DNA of 60,688 bases from a virus (taxonomy: Duplodnaviria; Caudoviricetes): the IMG/VR virus record IMGVR_UViG_3300013006_000036, positions 1 through 60,688 of that record; one strand, 5' to 3'. Of the stretch, positions 47,001 to 56,140 are shown one piece after another; position 1 is the first letter of the stretch, and each line of letters begins with the position of its first letter. Made by a program: the position numbers and the translations under genes. The notes under the pieces are model-generated. The model searched no databases and was not told the origin of the DNA. It saw only the letters and a list, made by a program, of their open reading frames with translations.

Positions 47001-48532
47001 TGACCTTCTCGACCTATCGGCAGTCTTGTAGGACCCGAACCGCCGTAGTAGACTAAATCGCCTCTTACTGAAAGAATATCAGTTTCAGAACCTACACTTA
47101 GTAAACTCCAATATGTGCCTGTGCTGTCTTGATCAGGTCTGCTGTTGGCTTGGCCACCACCTGCCGCACCTACTGTGGATCCGTCATCGCCTTCTGATCT
47201 GTGAGATAATAAGCAGATATATGCATTAGCGCCCAATCTTACTGCGTCACCTAGTAGATAATCTCTGTCATCTGACCACTCTCCCTGCCAGCTGATACCA
47301 GCGTTGAGTCTCGACCAGTATGTGGTATTTGGTGGTTCTGCTGACACTGTGGCAGACATTGTGCCGGCAGCATCAGCTGAGACATTAAATGTTGCTCCAC
47401 CAGATGTAGTGCTGATTGTGATATTGCCTGCAGCCACAGTCTTTACATAATATCTAGCTGTGGTGAACACATTACCAAATGTTGTGCCGGTAAATCTTAC
47501 TGTCATGCCTACCACAATGCCTGTGGTTGAAGCTATGGTAAATGTGTCAGTGGCTGCGGTTACTGCTGTTACAGTAACAGTAGTTGAAGGAGAATCCTGT
47601 GCTGCCAAATAAGTGTAGCCGCCTATAGATACTACTTCACCTATTTTGTATGATGTGGTGTTAGCCCATGCAGATTGAAATTTAAATCCTTCTGTGTATA
47701 GATCCCATCTTGCTGCTTGTGTTGTAGGAGTTTCTGTGACAGCAGCGGCAGTATGTACAGTTTTTGCAATATATTGATTACCACCGTAAACAACTATGTC
47801 GCCTGGTTGGTACAGTGTAGCGGAATTCCATGTACTTTCAAATTCTGCTCCTTCTGTGAACTGGCTCCAACGACCTGCGGTGCTGTCTGTTAAAAATGCA
47901 GCATCTGCGGTATGTTGAATAGCACATATCCAAAGTCCGGCGCCGTATTTTACTACATCATTGAGTTTATATCTAACAGCAGTGGACCATGTGCCTTTGT
48001 ATTCCACGCCAGGATTAAATGTATCCCATTTGGCTTGATCAGCTTCCAATCCTGACGCTGTAGTTGCAGCTGAAGTATGATAGGTGTTACACACATAGGT
48101 ATAGCCACCGTACTTGACTAGATCATTTACTTTGTAACGGGTAGATACGGTCCAACTAGATTTCCAATCAAACCCTTCTGCATACACAGTCCATTTAGCT
48201 TGATCAGCTTCCAATCCTGATGCTGTGGTAGCTGCTGAAGTGTGACTGTCGTTACAGATATAAAGAAGGCCACCGTATTTGACCACGTCATTAAGTTTAT
48301 ATAAAGTGCTGACGTTCCAATCACCAGTCCAGCTTTGACCGTCGCTCATCTGATTCCATTTGGTCGGACTGTATTCTAAATCTGTGTTAAAATCTGCAGC
48401 AGAAGTATGTCCCACTGCACAGATATATGTGCGAGCACCGTATCTTACCACATCATCAATGTAATAAGTGGTGGATGGGGACCATGTGTTTTTCCAAACA
48501 AATCTAATTCTACCTAATTTAAATTCTGCCAT
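41003..48532 (-). CDS. Giant tail fibre/baseplate appendage protein (2509 aa)
   Basis: N-terminal CBM5/12-like repeats (W...Y...DVV.YGG..Y.C...HT), four C.RDV repeats, beta-helix-like RSPYVQ/NDFTQ region, beta-propeller-like W..IAYG..RFVA/S.DG.TW repeats, C-terminal GHDFLDIGTG/STDQDGNFRVG. Confidence 0.85.
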   Translation of the reverse strand: MAEFKLGRIRFVWKNTWSPSTTYYIDDVVRYGARTYICAVGHTSAADFNTDLEYSPTKWNQMSDGQSWTGDWNVSTLYKLNDVVKYGGLLYICNDSHTSAATTASGLEADQAKWTVYAEGFDWKSSWTVSTRYKVNDLVKYGGYTYVCNTYHTSAATTASGLEADQAKWDTFNPGVEYKGTWSTAVRYKLNDVVKYGAGLWICAIQHTADAAFLTDSTAGRWSQFTEGAEFESTWNSATLYQPGDIVVYGGNQYIAKTVHTAAAVTETPTTQAARWDLYTEGFKFQSAWANTTSYKIGEVVSIGGYTYLAAQDSPSTTVTVTAVTAATDTFTIASTTGIVVGMTVRFTGTTFGNVFTTARYYVKTVAAGNITISTTSGGATFNVSADAAGTMSATVSAEPPNTTYWSRLNAGISWQGEWSDDRDYLLGDAVRLGANAYICLLSHRSEGDDGSTVGAAGGGQANSRPDQDSTGTYWSLLSVGSETDILSVRGDLVYYGGSGPTRLPIGREGQVLTSNGIDPEWVTLGETDHTYFVAPTGVDGPSPIHGRTWDKPFKTIRYACEQVERGPRNPDARYLLELNRVFIQREVTEFIQRQISTNTAPFTTAFVYDDFKCERDVGFTLDAVIYDLCHGGNIKSRGVANSLIGGLSEDETEAYPGLAIESDESVAAYNYMLTVVGNVLAQTAPTINYQTLNGDNSTATVAQYFNSDLTAETGALANVTASVTLITNAITARAAAVTAPQIAAAIASVPARYSPSNLINVATGRYRETLPIIVPEQTCIQGDELRSTNTGPAGSQTNRSDAGYSVGALTRLQTVIDQIVRGANVTESSGNTATQSVAFPFASTEEAADAAQLVRVMQHQIDFKISSTFMVSSADPTGYNTSFLTGFGDARKLLRENKEFIKEETTAFLTENFPNVLYSRTKCKRDVAFIVDAMDYDLTYGGAWATLVAGTAYFDGDNSTALQIDSTEIAATVAAYGRIKTVIQEIIANTAVTKSTGNTATQWTDSTNLTGGAAANATVGALVDIITNIIQGDSTEGNTPQINVTTIATLNTLTSNNHGLLVGDAVVPRITANGLVNGTKYWVVGTVTTNTFQLAATYGGAVLASFTNGAGLDIDLEIINYPTATNAVTSTTALIAAAVTLDAAQETIVTASTAYITANFPALVYNSVKCERDVRLILEAVMFDFMFNSNFKTREAAYSYLRATAADVFSLNQKTATRAAFTYVKGLASANVGGNATAQARIETLMTLLDDIVFGATNEGSRCATGNRMVDYAVLQLERNRDYIVAEIDAYIDSTYTTTVTAATQATDLFTCTSTAWMTRNAAIRFSGTVFGDINTTTTYYVQNVVSSTTFKVATTRNSNTAFNIINSGSGSMTVALYYSSEACLRDVNTYIDALKYDLKYPGNYKSRFAARYYANSVMGSLEEDMYYLRDATGLRDQTMEGLTGDLLAVNEFGTSRVSAGAYASLDPGWGPDDYRTWIITRSPYVQGLTTLGTAAVGQKIDGSLHNGGNDSIVSNDFTQVISDGIGAWITNNGRAELVSVFSYYAHIAYLAENGGRIRATNGNNSYGDFGSVAEGFDATEAPDTGIVDNRLQFEAVIDRVITDGSALLQIEYLNAGIDYTEVSYTLTGGGSGQVVETDEFRDDAVFEVRMLDLVDDSTNAPEADGNLGGFGYITNSNTAQGGSSTSITIAATDGESSTAYIGMKIVLTGGAGVGQFGIINTYNSGTKVAGLVKESDGTAGFDHLVAGTTIVSPDASSTYIIEPRVTFSAPGYASTAVTLPTSGAWRAVKYGETAAVYTSVTGTYTGSGVGVSFMVIRNGWKYTPSLQAAGTGYTRLQTITILGTSLGGTTTANDLIITITAVNSTTGAILDFDHSGYGIGGRYVALRSGSTVGATSEDGVAWTTRASLMPSAANWSAMTAGLFDDGSTIGKVSKFVAVAGTSANTTGAYSDDGITWTATSMQTSATWVGVAFGAQKFVAVSSDVTTVRISNDGENWDQTGTLTTTGFTAIAYGKNRFVAIKSGTNVTNYATSTTVAGAWTAGTLPSSSNWNSIAYGNNRFVAISNTSGTIAAYSLDGITWTASTLPATASWTKVTYGQGVFLAVSTTTAAATSPDGVTWTTRTTSTAANGFSAITFGNRNRYGLFVGVGASTGDVSTYIRTGATARGRAKVAANKLFQVNITEPGSGYATIPTITFTDPNNTFESPTTVRKNSGVLANPSFVNRGTQFVTGSGEVDTGDGYSDLFQSGTFVATRRLIQQPTPGSNVVFSHLPDRTFKLVNVITFLGENLGSHTAFLQISPTLTISEAPPDGADVTMRLRYSQVRLTGHDFLDIGTGSFIDTNYPGTPLQSPIPANETVEQGGGRVFFTSTDQDGNFRVGDLFAIEQSTGIATLNADAFNISGLQELNLGNVTLGGGSATITEFSTDPFFTADSDNIVPTQRAIKAFIAGQIGGGGASLNVNSVTAGSIFISSNIITTVTAGPIKMNATFEFRGGVIGLPLAFNYFLI
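48026..48245 (-). repeat. Direct repeat (~55 bp x2, 165-bp period) encoding HTSAATTASGLEADQAKW twice
   Basis: 48026-48080 and 48191-48245 are near-identical and encode the same peptide. Confidence 0.85.
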
Positions 48533-48570
48533 TTTCTACTCCGTATTCTATATTTAGTTTGTTATATTGT

Positions 48571-51500
48571 TTATCTGAAAGACTTTTTAAACATGGCCTG
48601 TGCTAGCATCATGCCAGTTATTCCAGAATTTGCACCATTAAATTCTGCTCTTACTGGTACTATAATACGCAGGCTTGCAACGTTGTTAATTCTATCAGGA
48701 CCTATTAGAATTGTACCAGCAATAAAACTACCCACTGCAATTTCAGAGCCACCAACGCTTAATCTTGAAGCAAGATATGCTGCAATAGCACGTTGAGTCG
48801 GTACTATGTTGTTGGAATCTGCTGTGAACAATGGATCTGTAGAAAACTCTCGAACCACTGCTCCTGTTCCGCCTACTCTGATACCACCTAATCTTAGTTC
48901 TGACAATCCTCCTAGATCAAAGAAATCTGAACTAATAGTAACTATTCCTGTGGCCTGCTCTACTGCAAACAGCTCTCCAGTTCTAAAGTTTCCGCTTTGG
49001 TCAGTTGAAGTATAAAACACCCTACCTCGATCTAACTCTACTACTTCGTTTTCTGGGGCAGGGGTATAAAAGCCCGAATACAATTCAGGATAATTAGTTT
49101 CTTCAAAATTACCCGTACCTATATCTAAAAAATCGTGCCCTGTAATTCTACATTGGCTAAACTGTGTTCTAATTGTGATTTCATTGAGATGCGATAGATT
49201 ATCACGAACTTTAATTTCCGGAGAAATACGTATTCTTGCAGCTAGCCCTCTATCTGTTAAACCAATTTCTTCAAGACTCACTAATGTATATGATCCAGTT
49301 AACCCTGCGATTACTAGATTAGCACCCAGCGTTGGATAAGCCGTCAAATCGTTTATGACAATGAATTTACCAAACGGTATAACATCTGCAAATCCGTTGC
49401 CAGTTATTGTGACTGTGGTACTGAGAGTACGATAACCTAATCCTCGATTGATCCAACTAGTACTGCCTATAACACCATCAGCTGTTCGACATTCGACACG
49501 AGCATCAGAACCGTTATTTGGATCAACTAACGTACAAGTAGGTCCCTCTGTGTATCCGGATCCCGGATCCCATAATTTTACTGAACGTATGATACCAGAA
49601 CTTAGTGTGACTCGACCCAAGGCTCGAGCACCTGTCTGTATCTTATTGAATGTCTCGGTGTTGTCTATGGCTATCCACATTGGTGTGCTTTTGCCTACTG
49701 TGGAATCTCTAGTATCTACGTAGGGATTGCCAAATGCCACGCTGACCCATTCTGCAGAAGAAGCTAATGTTCTTGCAGTCCACACTAATCCATCTGCAGA
49801 TTGTGCTGCATAGTTTGTAGGAACTCCTGATGGATCGTTGCCAATATTACGACCACCTGTATCGCCTATAGCAAAGAATACACCCTGTGCGTATCTTATT
49901 TTTTTCCAGTTATGAGCTGAGCTACCGTCTTGTGATGGCATGGTAGCAGGAAGCCAAGTTATTCCATCAAAGCTGTAGGCAACATCGCCAGTGTTAGATA
50001 TAGCAACAAATCTGTCATTACCGTATGCAATACTAACCCATCCTTTAGGACTGGAGTCTGCGATCACGTCCATAGTATATATATTCCATGACCATGTGTC
50101 CAGTGTAGAATTGTATGTGCCTGTGGCCACAGTGTTTCCATTGTTTCCTAACACTACATAAGTATTCTTTCCGTAGGCTATATCTGTCCATTCGTTGAGG
50201 GTTGAATCACCTGATGGTAGTGTGACATTAGCCCAATTGATTCCGTTTAAGCTATATGCCGCTGAATTTGAATCAGTTGCCACTGCGATAAATAGCCCGC
50301 CACCATATATAACTGAATTCCATTGACGCGATGCTGGCATAGCTCGTGTTGTCCAGGCTATTCCATTTGATGAGCTAGCTGCAATCGAACTGCCTTGACG
50401 TATAGCTACAAATTGATAATTGCCTAGTGAAGGATAAGTTACTCTACCTGTTGCTAGACATTTCCAGTTGCCTGATGTTGGCATATTAAACTGATTCCAT
50501 TCAACTCCGTCTTGACTGTGAAGTGCGGCTGAGCCGCCTGAAGAAATTGCTACAAATCTTCCGCTGGCGGCTTCGTTGTCTTCACCTGTGCCGTATGTTT
50601 TTTGTTGTGCAGCTAGTATCGAGTTGGTACTGTCGTCGCTAACATCGGTAACTAAAATAATTAAATCGTTTAGAGGAGTTTCACCGCCTATGAGATCACC
50701 GTCAATAGTTAGCAACTGACCAGCTTGATATCCTGCGCCTCCGTTATTGATAGTTAGCGTATAATTTCTGCCCTGTTTTACCACATTAAATGTGGCCAAT
50801 GCTGCAACAACATCTATAGTTGTACCTGTGCCAGACTCGTTAACTGCTATGTCAGAATAGGATTCGGTGGTGTCACCGTAAATAATATCAGTCCAAGTAG
50901 TATTGGTTGGTACAACTATCTCTTGTGCTGCATATGCAGGAGCTGAAAATATCACTCTAGGTTCTATTCTGTATGTGGTGTTGGTCAGCAAAGGTATTGT
51001 GAGAGGTTTGCCTGGCACCACGTGATCCCAACCTGGTTGATCATCTGATTCTCTGTATACTGTTACCACTTTAGTGGAATTGTTATATGCTGCGATGTAA
51101 CCATATTGTCCTGTACCCGCGCCGCTGGTAAGAATAATACGCATGCCAAGATATTCTGTGATAGAATTTGGATCATTAGTGGCTATGGTAATAGTAGTAG
51201 CATTACCAGTTTGGGCATTGTTTTGCACAAGTGTATACCCGCCGCCGCCTATAGCCTGTGCAATTTGTGCGGTGCCTGCATTAGCATCTAAAATTCTAGC
51301 TTCGAATACCGCATCATCTCGAAAATCTTCAAATACTACGTCGGCATCAATACCAGCTCCCTCAAAAGCAGCTGTCGCACTGGTATAGTCTTGTCCTGCA
51401 TTGGTCCACTCCAGTATCTGTATCTCGTCGACAAAGTCTCCAGCAAATGCTGCTGCCACTATGGCTTGCTGTGCTCTGGTATAGTTTCTTGCGATTGCTG

Positions 51501-54243
51501 GCACCTCTGTGGCATCAATACCGTCTGCAATCGTTCCGTATGTTCCATATGAACTATTTCCGTTAGTAGCTCTGATAATTCCACCATCTTGTGCCAAGTA
51601 TCCAATATGACAATAGTATGAGAATACAGACACTAACTCTGCTCTAGCATTGTTAGTGACCCATGCTCCTACGCCATCGCTTAGAACCTGTGTAAAGTCG
51701 TTACTAACTATAGATCGATTTCCGCCATTGTGCAGAGATCCGTCGACTTTTTGTCCAACACAACCTGTTCCTATGGTAGTAACCCCTTGAATATAAGGCG
51801 AGCGAGTATTGATCCATGTACGTGTGTCTGCAGGTCCCCATCCTGGATCCAGCGACACATAGGCACCTCCTAGCGGTATCTGATATAGATCAAATGCTGC
51901 AGGCGGGTTTAGTGATGATTCAAGACCTTTTAGTGTGCAGTTTCTAATACCAGTAGAATTTCTAACATAGAACATGTCTTCTGTCTCAGTGCATCCTAGC
52001 ACATGATTTCTATAATATCTAGCTTCTAATAGAGACTTGTAATTACCAGTATATCTTATATCATAGATAAGCGAATCTATAAATCTACCAGCAAATTTTC
52101 TTGTGAGTTCGCTGATAGAACTAAAAGTAGAATAATTTGCAGATACAAAGGCTACGGCTTCTTCCTGAAAGAATTCTTTATTCTGTTGCAAGGCTGTGGC
52201 CACATTTAAAGCACTTGCTATTGTAGATAACGAATTTGTTCCGCTTACTGTGGGATTTGATCCTGTGCTATTAACATAAAAATTAATATAGCTGATCATA
52301 TTATTAATAATTACAGTTATTCTAGCAATAGTATCGGTATCAAAATTAGTCAACGGCACTGACACAGTTGTGGTACTTTCATAAATTTCAGGTCCCGGTA
52401 CTGTTAGTTCTTGACCAAATCCATCAAAGGAAGGGGGCACTGTTGGAACCTGTAGATACTGTTGAGGATTAAAAGAATTATTCACTGTTACACTTGTGAA
52501 AGGAATTACAGGATCTTCTAAGTTGCCATCAGTTTTAACCACAGGCAAACCTCTAACAACGTTGTTAGCCAATCCCGAAATTCTACTCAATATTGCTAGA
52601 ATTACTGGAGTGTAGTTAGTCAATGCCGCAACAGGACCAGATGCTCTTATAGTTGTAGATCTAAGTTCTGCTCCTAGAACCACTGTGTTTCGTGGAACTA
52701 TGATTGGAGTTATTTCTACAAATTCTCCTACCGGAACTTTAATAGTGGTGGTGCCAGTAAACCCGTCGTCTACTTGTTCGCAGGCATAGCGTATGGTTCT
52801 CCAAGGCAGAAACTGACTGGCTCCACGTTCTGGATCTGCGTTGTCATCGACTCCGTCCAAACTTACATACTTCACTCTAGCAAGATCGCCCCAGAACGCA
52901 TAGTCAACGCTGTTTTGATTGTTAACTATAACCAGTTGATTTTCTTCACCAATGGCCACGGGTGCAGGACCAAATGAACTACCATCTCCTTGCAATGCCC
53001 TTGAAAGATTGTATGTTAGCAGATCCCCTCGTAGGCTCATGCCAGACTGTTGTCCAGCCTGTAGAATTAGATCCCAATATGAGAAGCCCGATCCGTTGTC
53101 TCCTGGAAGATTGAAGTCTGCGGCCGTATGTTCAAAATTACAGGCATATGTATTGCCAAGATATACAACAGTATCATTAACACTATACGTATTACCTATA
53201 GTCCACGAACCGCGCCAAGATTGGGAAATAGTAATCACTTCCCAATTGCCTGCATCCAAATAATCCAATGAACTGCCGTCGTGCGTGGTATCCGCTGTGG
53301 CTATGTATAAGTTTCCGCCTCGGCGTACAACGTCACCAATTTTATAATCAACATCTGCACTCCATGTGCCTGCGAAATTTACTGCTTTAGATAATATATT
53401 CCAGTTTATAGCGTCTTGTGACGGGCTCACACTGGCATAATTGTTAGCGGATGCTACATACAGATATCCGCCGTGTCTAACTATATCCCCTATTGCATAG
53501 TAAACTGTGTTGATCCATGAATCATAAAAATTCTGTCCAGGAAAGGCTGTAACAAAATTTGCATTAGTTATATTTGCACCGGCCACGTGTCCTGTTACAC
53601 AGCGAAGAACACTACCTCCATATTTTACAAGATCGTTAGGTCTGTATCTGGTAGTAGTGGTCCATTCTCCTCTATATTGGATACCTTCGTAGTAGACCTG
53701 CCACAGTTCACCTGTGCTGTCATCGTTGGCATCGTTGTTACCTATCTCAAGACCTTGTACTGTGGTTCCTGAAGTGTGTCCTACTATGCAGCGATAGATT
53801 ACTCCGTTGTATCTTACTACATCTCCTATGCCGTAACGTGTGGCAGGGGTCCATACTGGTCTCCAATTATCTGCAGAAAGATACACGGCCCAATCGCCTA
53901 TGTTAGCATCAAATGTTACCTGTGAGGTATGACTGTTTACGCATAGGTATATAACGCCACCGTGCAGGGCAAGGTCGCCTGGATTGTACAAAGTTGGCGC
54001 TGTTGTCCAAAGCCCTCTCCATGCGTAGCCGTCGGTCATTTTAAACCAAGCTGGAGTTGGTTGTGTGTCGTTTTCGTTGGCTAGATATGTTTGATCAGCA
54101 GCAAATATTCCGGCGGTGTGTTGACGTTGACAAATCCAAGTAGATCCACCATATCGTACCACATCATCACGATTGTACACCGTGGCTGCACTCCACGAAT
54201 TTCTCCATGTATATCTAATCCTACTGATTCTAAATTCTGCCAT
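48571..54243 (-). CDS. Giant tail fibre/baseplate appendage protein (1890 aa), paralog of 41003..48532
   Basis: MAEFRISRIRYTW versus MAEFKLGRIRFVW; same repeat, beta-helix, propeller and C-terminal motifs. Confidence 0.85.
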   Translation of the reverse strand: MAEFRISRIRYTWRNSWSAATVYNRDDVVRYGGSTWICQRQHTAGIFAADQTYLANENDTQPTPAWFKMTDGYAWRGLWTTAPTLYNPGDLALHGGVIYLCVNSHTSQVTFDANIGDWAVYLSADNWRPVWTPATRYGIGDVVRYNGVIYRCIVGHTSGTTVQGLEIGNNDANDDSTGELWQVYYEGIQYRGEWTTTTRYRPNDLVKYGGSVLRCVTGHVAGANITNANFVTAFPGQNFYDSWINTVYYAIGDIVRHGGYLYVASANNYASVSPSQDAINWNILSKAVNFAGTWSADVDYKIGDVVRRGGNLYIATADTTHDGSSLDYLDAGNWEVITISQSWRGSWTIGNTYSVNDTVVYLGNTYACNFEHTAADFNLPGDNGSGFSYWDLILQAGQQSGMSLRGDLLTYNLSRALQGDGSSFGPAPVAIGEENQLVIVNNQNSVDYAFWGDLARVKYVSLDGVDDNADPERGASQFLPWRTIRYACEQVDDGFTGTTTIKVPVGEFVEITPIIVPRNTVVLGAELRSTTIRASGPVAALTNYTPVILAILSRISGLANNVVRGLPVVKTDGNLEDPVIPFTSVTVNNSFNPQQYLQVPTVPPSFDGFGQELTVPGPEIYESTTTVSVPLTNFDTDTIARITVIINNMISYINFYVNSTGSNPTVSGTNSLSTIASALNVATALQQNKEFFQEEAVAFVSANYSTFSSISELTRKFAGRFIDSLIYDIRYTGNYKSLLEARYYRNHVLGCTETEDMFYVRNSTGIRNCTLKGLESSLNPPAAFDLYQIPLGGAYVSLDPGWGPADTRTWINTRSPYIQGVTTIGTGCVGQKVDGSLHNGGNRSIVSNDFTQVLSDGVGAWVTNNARAELVSVFSYYCHIGYLAQDGGIIRATNGNSSYGTYGTIADGIDATEVPAIARNYTRAQQAIVAAAFAGDFVDEIQILEWTNAGQDYTSATAAFEGAGIDADVVFEDFRDDAVFEARILDANAGTAQIAQAIGGGGYTLVQNNAQTGNATTITIATNDPNSITEYLGMRIILTSGAGTGQYGYIAAYNNSTKVVTVYRESDDQPGWDHVVPGKPLTIPLLTNTTYRIEPRVIFSAPAYAAQEIVVPTNTTWTDIIYGDTTESYSDIAVNESGTGTTIDVVAALATFNVVKQGRNYTLTINNGGAGYQAGQLLTIDGDLIGGETPLNDLIILVTDVSDDSTNSILAAQQKTYGTGEDNEAASGRFVAISSGGSAALHSQDGVEWNQFNMPTSGNWKCLATGRVTYPSLGNYQFVAIRQGSSIAASSSNGIAWTTRAMPASRQWNSVIYGGGLFIAVATDSNSAAYSLNGINWANVTLPSGDSTLNEWTDIAYGKNTYVVLGNNGNTVATGTYNSTLDTWSWNIYTMDVIADSSPKGWVSIAYGNDRFVAISNTGDVAYSFDGITWLPATMPSQDGSSAHNWKKIRYAQGVFFAIGDTGGRNIGNDPSGVPTNYAAQSADGLVWTARTLASSAEWVSVAFGNPYVDTRDSTVGKSTPMWIAIDNTETFNKIQTGARALGRVTLSSGIIRSVKLWDPGSGYTEGPTCTLVDPNNGSDARVECRTADGVIGSTSWINRGLGYRTLSTTVTITGNGFADVIPFGKFIVINDLTAYPTLGANLVIAGLTGSYTLVSLEEIGLTDRGLAARIRISPEIKVRDNLSHLNEITIRTQFSQCRITGHDFLDIGTGNFEETNYPELYSGFYTPAPENEVVELDRGRVFYTSTDQSGNFRTGELFAVEQATGIVTISSDFFDLGGLSELRLGGIRVGGTGAVVREFSTDPLFTADSNNIVPTQRAIAAYLASRLSVGGSEIAVGSFIAGTILIGPDRINNVASLRIIVPVRAEFNGANSGITGMMLAQAMFKKSFR

Positions 54244-54256
54244 AATTTATTCCGTT

Positions 54257-54622
54257 TTAACTTGAATGTCCTGTGGGATAGGTGTATCCCTGATTTATTC
54301 TTTGTGTAAGTCTGCCTTGATTATCAATGTAGTACAGAATATTTCTATTGTCCCATCGATACTGTGACCATCTCAAATTGTCATATTCTATCTCATGGTC
54401 TGCCGAAATACCATCAAAGTAGTCTACTCCTGGTTCAAAATCTTCAAAATTTTCTTCAGGTGCCCCAGGCAAATTTAATTCGATACTGTCTTTGTCTTTG
54501 AGTTGATCACTTCTATACAAAAATAGTTCGCCATCATTGTTTCTTCGCAGAGCATACCAATAGCGAGGACTATCGCCTAGTGCTTCATCTGGACTTTGAC
54601 CTACATAATAATTGCTTGGCAT
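54257..54622 (-). CDS. Conserved phage hypothetical protein (121 aa)
   Basis: Acidic/aromatic ORF with SD, inside the structural operon. Confidence 0.7.
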   Translation of the reverse strand: MPSNYYVGQSPDEALGDSPRYWYALRRNNDGELFLYRSDQLKDKDSIELNLPGAPEENFEDFEPGVDYFDGISADHEIEYDNLRWSQYRWDNRNILYYIDNQGRLTQRINQGYTYPTGHSS

Positions 54623-54631
54623 GATTTTTCC

Positions 54632-54964
54632 TTAAGATATTTCTACGTAACTAATAACAGCATCGATACTGTCTTCAGTATCACTGACTATTCGTATGCC
54701 TGCAGTTTCTGGTAATATCAGTTTTTCACCTTGTGTGATAATCTTAGCTGTACTGTTGGGAGAGATTGACAGACCACGCACATAGTGTGCCTGGGTAGAG
54801 TTTTCATCTATCACATATACGTCAACTACCGCTGTGTCATAATCTGTAACATTAGCTAGATTAAGACCAATAACAGTCACTCTAACTCCTGCATCAACCT
54901 GTAGTACATCTACAGGTGTGGTTCCTATTTCGGTGTTTACTGCGTGTCTAAATAAGGTTGGCAT
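54632..54964 (-). CDS. Small beta-rich virion protein (~110-aa family, copy 2)
   Basis: T.IGLNLAN, I.PN, GEKLIL and S.D..ISYVEI motifs. Confidence 0.72.
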   Translation of the reverse strand: MPTLFRHAVNTEIGTTPVDVLQVDAGVRVTVIGLNLANVTDYDTAVVDVYVIDENSTQAHYVRGLSISPNSTAKIITQGEKLILPETAGIRIVSDTEDSIDAVISYVEIS

Positions 54965-54968
54965 AATT

Positions 54969-56021
54969 TTATCCTAACATCAGCGCATAAGTGGCTGCTA
55001 TTTCGTTGGCTTGAATTTCTGAAACTGCTCCAGACGCTCCTGCAGGTGATGCCCAGGTAATTCCGTCCCAAATCTCAAGAGCTTTTGAATTGGTATTAAA
55101 ACGAGTCATACCTAGCACTGCGTAAGCAGTCGGCCTTTGAGCATCACTGCCCACTGGAGGAACAAAACCATTTGTTCCTTGAATTTTAAAATATCCTGTG
55201 CCTGTTTGCGCAATTTCAGTTACTGCATTAGAACTGAGATTGGTTATAACATTGTCTACAATTCGAAAATTTCCCAGTCTCACTCCGCCGGCACCATTGC
55301 CGTCTATGATTATGTCTTGTCCTGTGGTACTGGTAATTTCATTGTCTCTAAACATGAGATTACCAACATCTAACATGGTAACATTTAACACATTAGTATA
55401 CACGTTATTGACGTAAAAATTTCTCCAGCGGTAGGCTCCGGAACCTAGATCTACTGTGTTGTCAGTTTGAGGAACTAGATCACTGTTAATACTGGCATTG
55501 ATAGTAACGGAATCAGACAGGCTGTCTCCTATCACAATGTTTCCGCCTATGGTTACGTTTCCGGTAGCATTAATATTTCCTGTAACATTAAGATTGCCTG
55601 TAATGTTGGTGTTACCGTAAATATCTATTATTCCTGTACCGTTGGCTCTCAGTTCTAAAGCACTGTTTGATACTTCTGTGGAAATGGTATTTCCTAGAAT
55701 TTGAATGTCGTCTACTACCAACCTAGCATTATAGATAGTTGGTTCAGCACCAGATGGTGCAAAAGTTATGGTACTGAGATCGCTGCTGATGGTGTTTCCA
55801 GTCACAGTGATGTTACCAATGTCAAATTGATTGGTAACTTCTAGATTAGTAGTTTTTGTTGTGCCGTTAACGTCTAAGTCGTGCAGCGGAGAAGATTTGT
55901 TTACTCCAATTCGAGAGTTTACAACATCCAAATATAATAAGTCAGTCTCAAATGCTAGATCTACGCCATCTCTGACTAGATTGGATTTGAGCATTTGACC
56001 GGAAATTCTTCCAATAGCCAT
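54969..56021 (-). CDS. Tail fibre/baseplate appendage protein (350 aa)
   Basis: GRISG..L.SNL.RDG.DLAF.TDLLYL, repeated I.GNTIS/L..NGTG units, DLGS...RW, P.GS.AQRP..G.TRFNT; C-terminal YALMLG. Confidence 0.75.
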   Translation of the reverse strand: MAIGRISGQMLKSNLVRDGVDLAFETDLLYLDVVNSRIGVNKSSPLHDLDVNGTTKTTNLEVTNQFDIGNITVTGNTISSDLSTITFAPSGAEPTIYNARLVVDDIQILGNTISTEVSNSALELRANGTGIIDIYGNTNITGNLNVTGNINATGNVTIGGNIVIGDSLSDSVTINASINSDLVPQTDNTVDLGSGAYRWRNFYVNNVYTNVLNVTMLDVGNLMFRDNEITSTTGQDIIIDGNGAGGVRLGNFRIVDNVITNLSSNAVTEIAQTGTGYFKIQGTNGFVPPVGSDAQRPTAYAVLGMTRFNTNSKALEIWDGITWASPAGASGAVSEIQANEIAATYALMLG

Positions 56022-56127
56022 TAACTCTCCTTAGACCCCGTGTTTCACGGTTAACCACCTTGCATTGCGGGTTTACCACAGTTTGACCATACAGAAAAAG
56101 ACTTTTTCTGTAATCACTATTATTTAT
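56022..56127 (-). promoter_or_regulatory. Late promoter plus structured ~100-nt 5' leader (candidate cis-regulatory RNA)
   Basis: ATAAATA at 56121-56127, then hairpins TACAGAAAAA/TTTTTCTGTA, TGTGG/CCGCA and CCGTG/CACGG, then an AAGGAG SD. Confidence 0.5.
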
Positions 56128-56140
56128 GTCTTTTGGAGAA

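Noticed and set aside
56036-56090. Known riboswitch (c-di-GMP-I, ZTP) or tRNA
   Set aside because: By eye it lacks their consensus cores and a cloverleaf; kept only as an unclassified structured leader pending an Rfam search.
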